A DNA stretch of 64,000 nucleotides from NCBI GenBank assembly GCA_964602845.1, contig CAZRSW010000004.1:13893-77892 (forward strand). The letters are read 5' to 3'. Both the position numbers and the translations under genes were made by a program. Shown here in pieces: positions 60,580 through 64,000 of this stretch (positions within the stretch are counted from its first letter, which is position 1; each line of letters begins with the position of its first letter). This DNA is from an uncultured Dehalococcoidia bacterium. GTDB lineage: Bacteria > Chloroflexota > Dehalococcoidia > Lucifugimonadales > UBA826. The notes beneath the pieces were generated by a model. That model saw only the letters and a program-made list of their open reading frames with translations, did no database searches and was not told the DNA's origin.

Positions 60580-61671
60580 TTGGCAAACCTCAGAATCCCT
60601 GGCCCTATACCTGTTGACGACGTGATATTGCATGAGATGGGCTCTCAAATGATAAATCACCGAGGGCCGGAGTTCAAAGATCTCCTACACAATACGACCG
60701 AAGGGCTAAAAACCGTTTTCAAAACCACGAGTGATATATTCATAATCACGGGCTCAGGAACAGCAGCCATGGAGGCGGCCATCGCCAACACACTCTCCCC
60801 AGGTGAAACAGTCATAAATGCGACAGTAGGAGTGTTCGGTAATAGATTCGGTATCATCGGTAGCCGTTACGGTGCCAATGTCATTAATCTATCATTTCCT
60901 TTCGGATCAGCCATAGAACTAGATAGTTTGAGGCAATGTATTGAAGATAACCCTGAAACTTCTGCTGTTATGGTAACTCACAACGAAACGTCCACCGGAG
61001 TCACAAACGATTTAGAATCGATCGCCGCCGTTGTGAAAGGAGAATACGACAAATTGATCCTAGTAGATGGTATAAGTAGCGTCTGCTCTTTGCCACTGGA
61101 CACAGATAAATGGGATCTCGACGTTGTTACTTCAGCTTCCCAAAAGGGTTGGATGCTACCACCTGGACTATCTTTCATAAGCTTCAGTGAAAGAGCTTGG
61201 GAAGCCCACGCAAGATCCACAATGCCTCGCTTTTATCTGGATATGGCAGAGTACAAGAGATACCTTGAGATTGGTCAACCTCCATTTACGCCTTCAGTTT
61301 CATGTATGTTTGCCCTCAATGTTGCCCTTGCAAGAATACAATCAGAAGGTATGGCCCATGTCTATGAAAGACACGCTGAAATAGGACAATTCACACGGGA
61401 TAACGTAAAAGAGTTAGGTCTAAGTATTTTTCCCAAAACGGAAGCAATAGCCTCTAACACCTGCACGGCTGTCTGTGTGCCAGAAGGAATAGATGGAAAA
61501 CAAATCATCGCGAAAATGCGGGACATTCACAACGTGATTTTGGCTGGTGGACAAACCACTCTATCAGGAAAGATATTTAGGATAGGTCATTTGGGACAAA
61601 CAACTAAATCTGAGATCACGCACACCATAAGTTCTCTAAAATCTACGCTGCAAAGTTTGAAATATTCGTAA
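60580..61671 (+). CDS. Class-V pyridoxal-phosphate aminotransferase (serine/alanine--glyoxylate type)
   Basis: GPEF..., ITGSGTAAMEA, LVDGISS, and the PLP-lysine context SASQKGW. TTG start with GGAG 9 nt upstream. Confidence 0.85.
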   Translation: MANLRIPGPIPVDDVILHEMGSQMINHRGPEFKDLLHNTTEGLKTVFKTTSDIFIITGSGTAAMEAAIANTLSPGETVINATVGVFGNRFGIIGSRYGANVINLSFPFGSAIELDSLRQCIEDNPETSAVMVTHNETSTGVTNDLESIAAVVKGEYDKLILVDGISSVCSLPLDTDKWDLDVVTSASQKGWMLPPGLSFISFSERAWEAHARSTMPRFYLDMAEYKRYLEIGQPPFTPSVSCMFALNVALARIQSEGMAHVYERHAEIGQFTRDNVKELGLSIFPKTEAIASNTCTAVCVPEGIDGKQIIAKMRDIHNVILAGGQTTLSGKIFRIGHLGQTTKSEITHTISSLKSTLQSLKYS

Positions 61672-61760
61672 CAAACATAATACGGCGTTAATGTATTGCA
61701 GATATGCAAAAACGTAACCCTACTTGAGATATAGCTCTCACTAACTTTTCGGTAATTGAT

Positions 61761-63587
61761 CTAGGCCGTTGCGGGAATACTGTTCAAAAGATTTTTGAGG
61801 TCATCGCCTTCTATCGTCTCGTGCTCAATTAAATGACCAGCCAAAGCCGTTAATTTTCCAAGGTTACCTCGCATCAATGTAACACAGGTCTCATAAGCCG
61901 TCTGTATAAGACCATGGATCTCGTCATCAATATTTTCGGCTATATTATCACTATAGTCTCTTTGCTCAGATATTTCTCTACCCAAAAAAATTAATTCATC
62001 TCGTTTCCCAAAAGTTCTTGGGCCTAATCGCTTACTCATCCCCAAACGCGTCACCATCGCCTTAGCAATACTAGTAGCTTGCTCTAAGTCATTCCCAGCC
62101 CCAGTTGTTACCTCATAAAACATCAATTCCTCAGCAACCCTGCCTCCAAGTGCCGATGCCAGCCTCGCTTGTAACTGGTTTTGAGTTATCAAATTTGATT
62201 CCTCTTCCGGCAAGAATCTAGTATGCCCTCCGGTTTGACCACGAGCAACAATCGTCACCTTGTAGGGCGGATCTGCATGAGGCAACAGGTGGGCGATAAG
62301 AGCATGGCCAGCCTCATGATAAGCAACCATCTCTTTTTCGCGTTCACTAATAACTTTGTTCTTCTTTTCAGGACCCGCTATCACTCGATCTATCGATTCA
62401 GCCATCTCCTGATAAGTAATCACTTTTTTGTCCCGCCTTGCAGCGAGAATAGCAGATTCATTCACAAGGTTCATAAGATCGGCTCCACTAAACCCCGCTG
62501 TCTGCCGAGCAATCATTTCTAAATCGACTTTTTCATCAATAGGTTTTCCTTTGGAATGTATAGATAAAATTTGTTCGCGGCCTTTTCTATCAGGGCTATC
62601 AAGAGTAACCCTGCGATCGAACCTACCGGGTCTCAAAAGAGCAGGATCCAATATATCTGGGCGGTTAGTAGAAGCCAAAACAATAACATTCGTCTGGGTA
62701 TCAAACCCATCCATTTCGACAAGTATCTGGTTTAACGTTTGCTCTCTTTCGTCATGGCCACCACCTAAACCGGCACCTCTCTGCCTACCTACGGCATCGA
62801 TCTCATCTACAAACACAATGCACGGTGCATGTCGTTTTGCCTGATCAAACAGATCTCGAACACGGGAAGCACCAACACCAACAAACATCTCTACAAATTC
62901 TGACCCACTAATCGAAAAAAATGGGACCTCTGCTTCTCCGGCTACTGCTCTCGCCATAAGAGTCTTACCAACTCCCGGAGGACCCATAAGAAGAACCCCT
63001 TTCGGAATTTTTGCTCCCAATGCTAAAAATCTATCGGGCGTCTTCAAAAATTCCACTACCTCTTCTAACTCCTCCTTGGCTTCATCAACGCCAGCGACGT
63101 CGGCAAAACTAACCTCCGGACTATCACCATCAAACACCTTAGCTCTTGACTTGCCAAAACTGAAGGTTTGGTTTGTGTTTCCCTGAGCTTGCCTCATCAT
63201 AAAAAGCAAAATCGCGCCGAAAAATATCAACGGAAGGAAATTAAACAAAATACCAAGTAAATTGCCAAACCCACTAGTACCCTCCACCGTGATATCAATC
63301 TTACTCGCCTTCTGATCCACGCCGGCTGATTCCAACTGCTCTATTATACTGGAGCCCATCTCTTTTCGGGATGAAAACTTCTGACCATCAATCGACGATA
63401 TCACAAGATTATCCCCATTCACCTTTATGCTATCCAGCTTCCCTTCGACAGCCATTGAAACTACTCTACTAATGGGAATCTCTGATGACGCACCAAATGG
63501 CTCGCTAACCACCGTAAAGAAGATAGCAGCGATTGCAACAATGATTAGCAGATAAATGAAAATGCTTCTCACTGACCGAGGGTTCAT
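61761..63587 (-). CDS. ftsH: ATP-dependent zinc metalloprotease FtsH
   Basis: Two N-terminal TM helices, AAA+ Walker A GPPGVGKT, Walker B IVFVDEID, the SRH, and the HEAGHA zinc site. Confidence 0.97.
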   Translation of the reverse strand: MNPRSVRSIFIYLLIIVAIAAIFFTVVSEPFGASSEIPISRVVSMAVEGKLDSIKVNGDNLVISSIDGQKFSSRKEMGSSIIEQLESAGVDQKASKIDITVEGTSGFGNLLGILFNFLPLIFFGAILLFMMRQAQGNTNQTFSFGKSRAKVFDGDSPEVSFADVAGVDEAKEELEEVVEFLKTPDRFLALGAKIPKGVLLMGPPGVGKTLMARAVAGEAEVPFFSISGSEFVEMFVGVGASRVRDLFDQAKRHAPCIVFVDEIDAVGRQRGAGLGGGHDEREQTLNQILVEMDGFDTQTNVIVLASTNRPDILDPALLRPGRFDRRVTLDSPDRKGREQILSIHSKGKPIDEKVDLEMIARQTAGFSGADLMNLVNESAILAARRDKKVITYQEMAESIDRVIAGPEKKNKVISEREKEMVAYHEAGHALIAHLLPHADPPYKVTIVARGQTGGHTRFLPEEESNLITQNQLQARLASALGGRVAEELMFYEVTTGAGNDLEQATSIAKAMVTRLGMSKRLGPRTFGKRDELIFLGREISEQRDYSDNIAENIDDEIHGLIQTAYETCVTLMRGNLGKLTALAGHLIEHETIEGDDLKNLLNSIPATA

Positions 63588-63787
63588 AAAACTTACTCCA
63601 AAACAACCTTAAACTTACTGATTTTCAACGTGGGGAACCTAAATTAATCTCACCCACATCATAAATATTACCGTATCTAGGGTGATTGGGGCAAAACTAC
63701 ACTATCCGTATAGATTCCATAGTATCAGTGACTAGAAGGTATAAAGGTACACAACCCTAGCATTAATCTCGGTCCCTATTAAGTTCA

Positions 63788-64000
63788 ATGAGTCCTTTGT
63801 TATACTTCTTTGAAGAACTCAACCTGACGATAACAACTTCAAAGATATCAAAAATGACCAGCCAACAATATGGTGTTTACACCGACATGACACTTAGAAA
63901 AACCATTGCTGATACCCTGACGAATCTGGATATAGGTTCCGTTTTTGTTACCAATGGGAAAGAAATTGACAATTTGAATCAAACCCTGTCAACAAATAAA
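63788..64000 (+). CDS. Possible 5' fragment of an unidentified ORF running off the window
   Basis: The frame is open from ATG 63788 (or ATG 63853) to the window end (MSPLLYFFEELNLTITTSKISKMTSQQYGVYTDMTLRK...). It has no convincing RBS and no recognisable motif. Confidence 0.2.
   Translation, partial: MSPLLYFFEELNLTITTSKISKMTSQQYGVYTDMTLRKTIADTLTNLDIGSVFVTNGKEIDNLNQTLSTNK

Noticed and set aside
1-64000. Window-wide look for CRISPR repeats, IS/transposase or integrase genes, phage modules, toxin-antitoxin pairs, known defence genes, and rRNA, tmRNA, RNase P or SRP RNA.
   Set aside because: No spaced direct-repeat array was seen. No ORF carries a DDE, tyrosine- or serine-recombinase, nuclease-NTPase or other defence-type signature. 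No intergenic gap exceeds ~290 nt, and none carries recognisable RNA-gene motifs. This was by-eye inspection only, so short or degenerate repeats could have been missed.

Overview
This 64-kb window (roughly 43-46% GC by eye) is almost entirely protein-coding. It holds about 60 genes with short intergenic gaps and several ATGA or few-nt overlaps, and most are housekeeping functions.

Main blocks:
- Replication, repair and transcription: dgt-(2 small ORFs)-dnaG-rpoD, gyrA, mfd, alkA and an SRAP/YedK peptidase.
- Nucleotide supply: nrdR-nrdJ.
- Division: a stripped-down rsmH-ftsA-ftsZ block.
- Translation and RNA modification: L25/Ctc, trmD, der, rsmE, prmA, tyrS.
- Chaperone and protease: dnaJ, ftsH.
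- Lipid: plsY, gpsA, acpS.
- Cofactor and amino-acid metabolism: folD, ribF, mogA, birA, proC, a pdxA-family gene, an argF-like gene.
- A scattering of stand-alone oxidoreductases, hydrolases and lyases.

I found no rRNA, tRNA, CRISPR array, transposase, integrase, phage gene or recognisable defence gene.

Conserved gene strings (dnaJ-prmA-rsmE, der-plsY-gpsA, dgt-dnaG-rpoD), the Alternative Complex III operon and the absence of cell-wall genes from the division cluster are compatible with a Chloroflexota-like, possibly marine SAR202/Dehalococcoidia-related, genome. That taxonomic call is inference only.

The most distinctive block is a 7-8 gene Alternative Complex III (ACIII) operon at 48.4-56.7 kb. 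It has a split ActB, a non-canonical position for the second NrfD-like subunit and an extra small membrane ORF.

I do not see a convincing wholly new system. The best leads are:
- the ACIII variant;
- a class-I amidotransferase/peptidase C26 homologue whose nucleophile Cys is Gly;
- two unannotatable small ORFs wedged inside the dgt-dnaG-rpoD operon;
- an OTC-like protein with HCLP replaced by HDMP;
- a flavoprotein translationally coupled to a thioredoxin-fold lipoprotein.

All functional calls come from reading motifs in the supplied translations. No database search was run.
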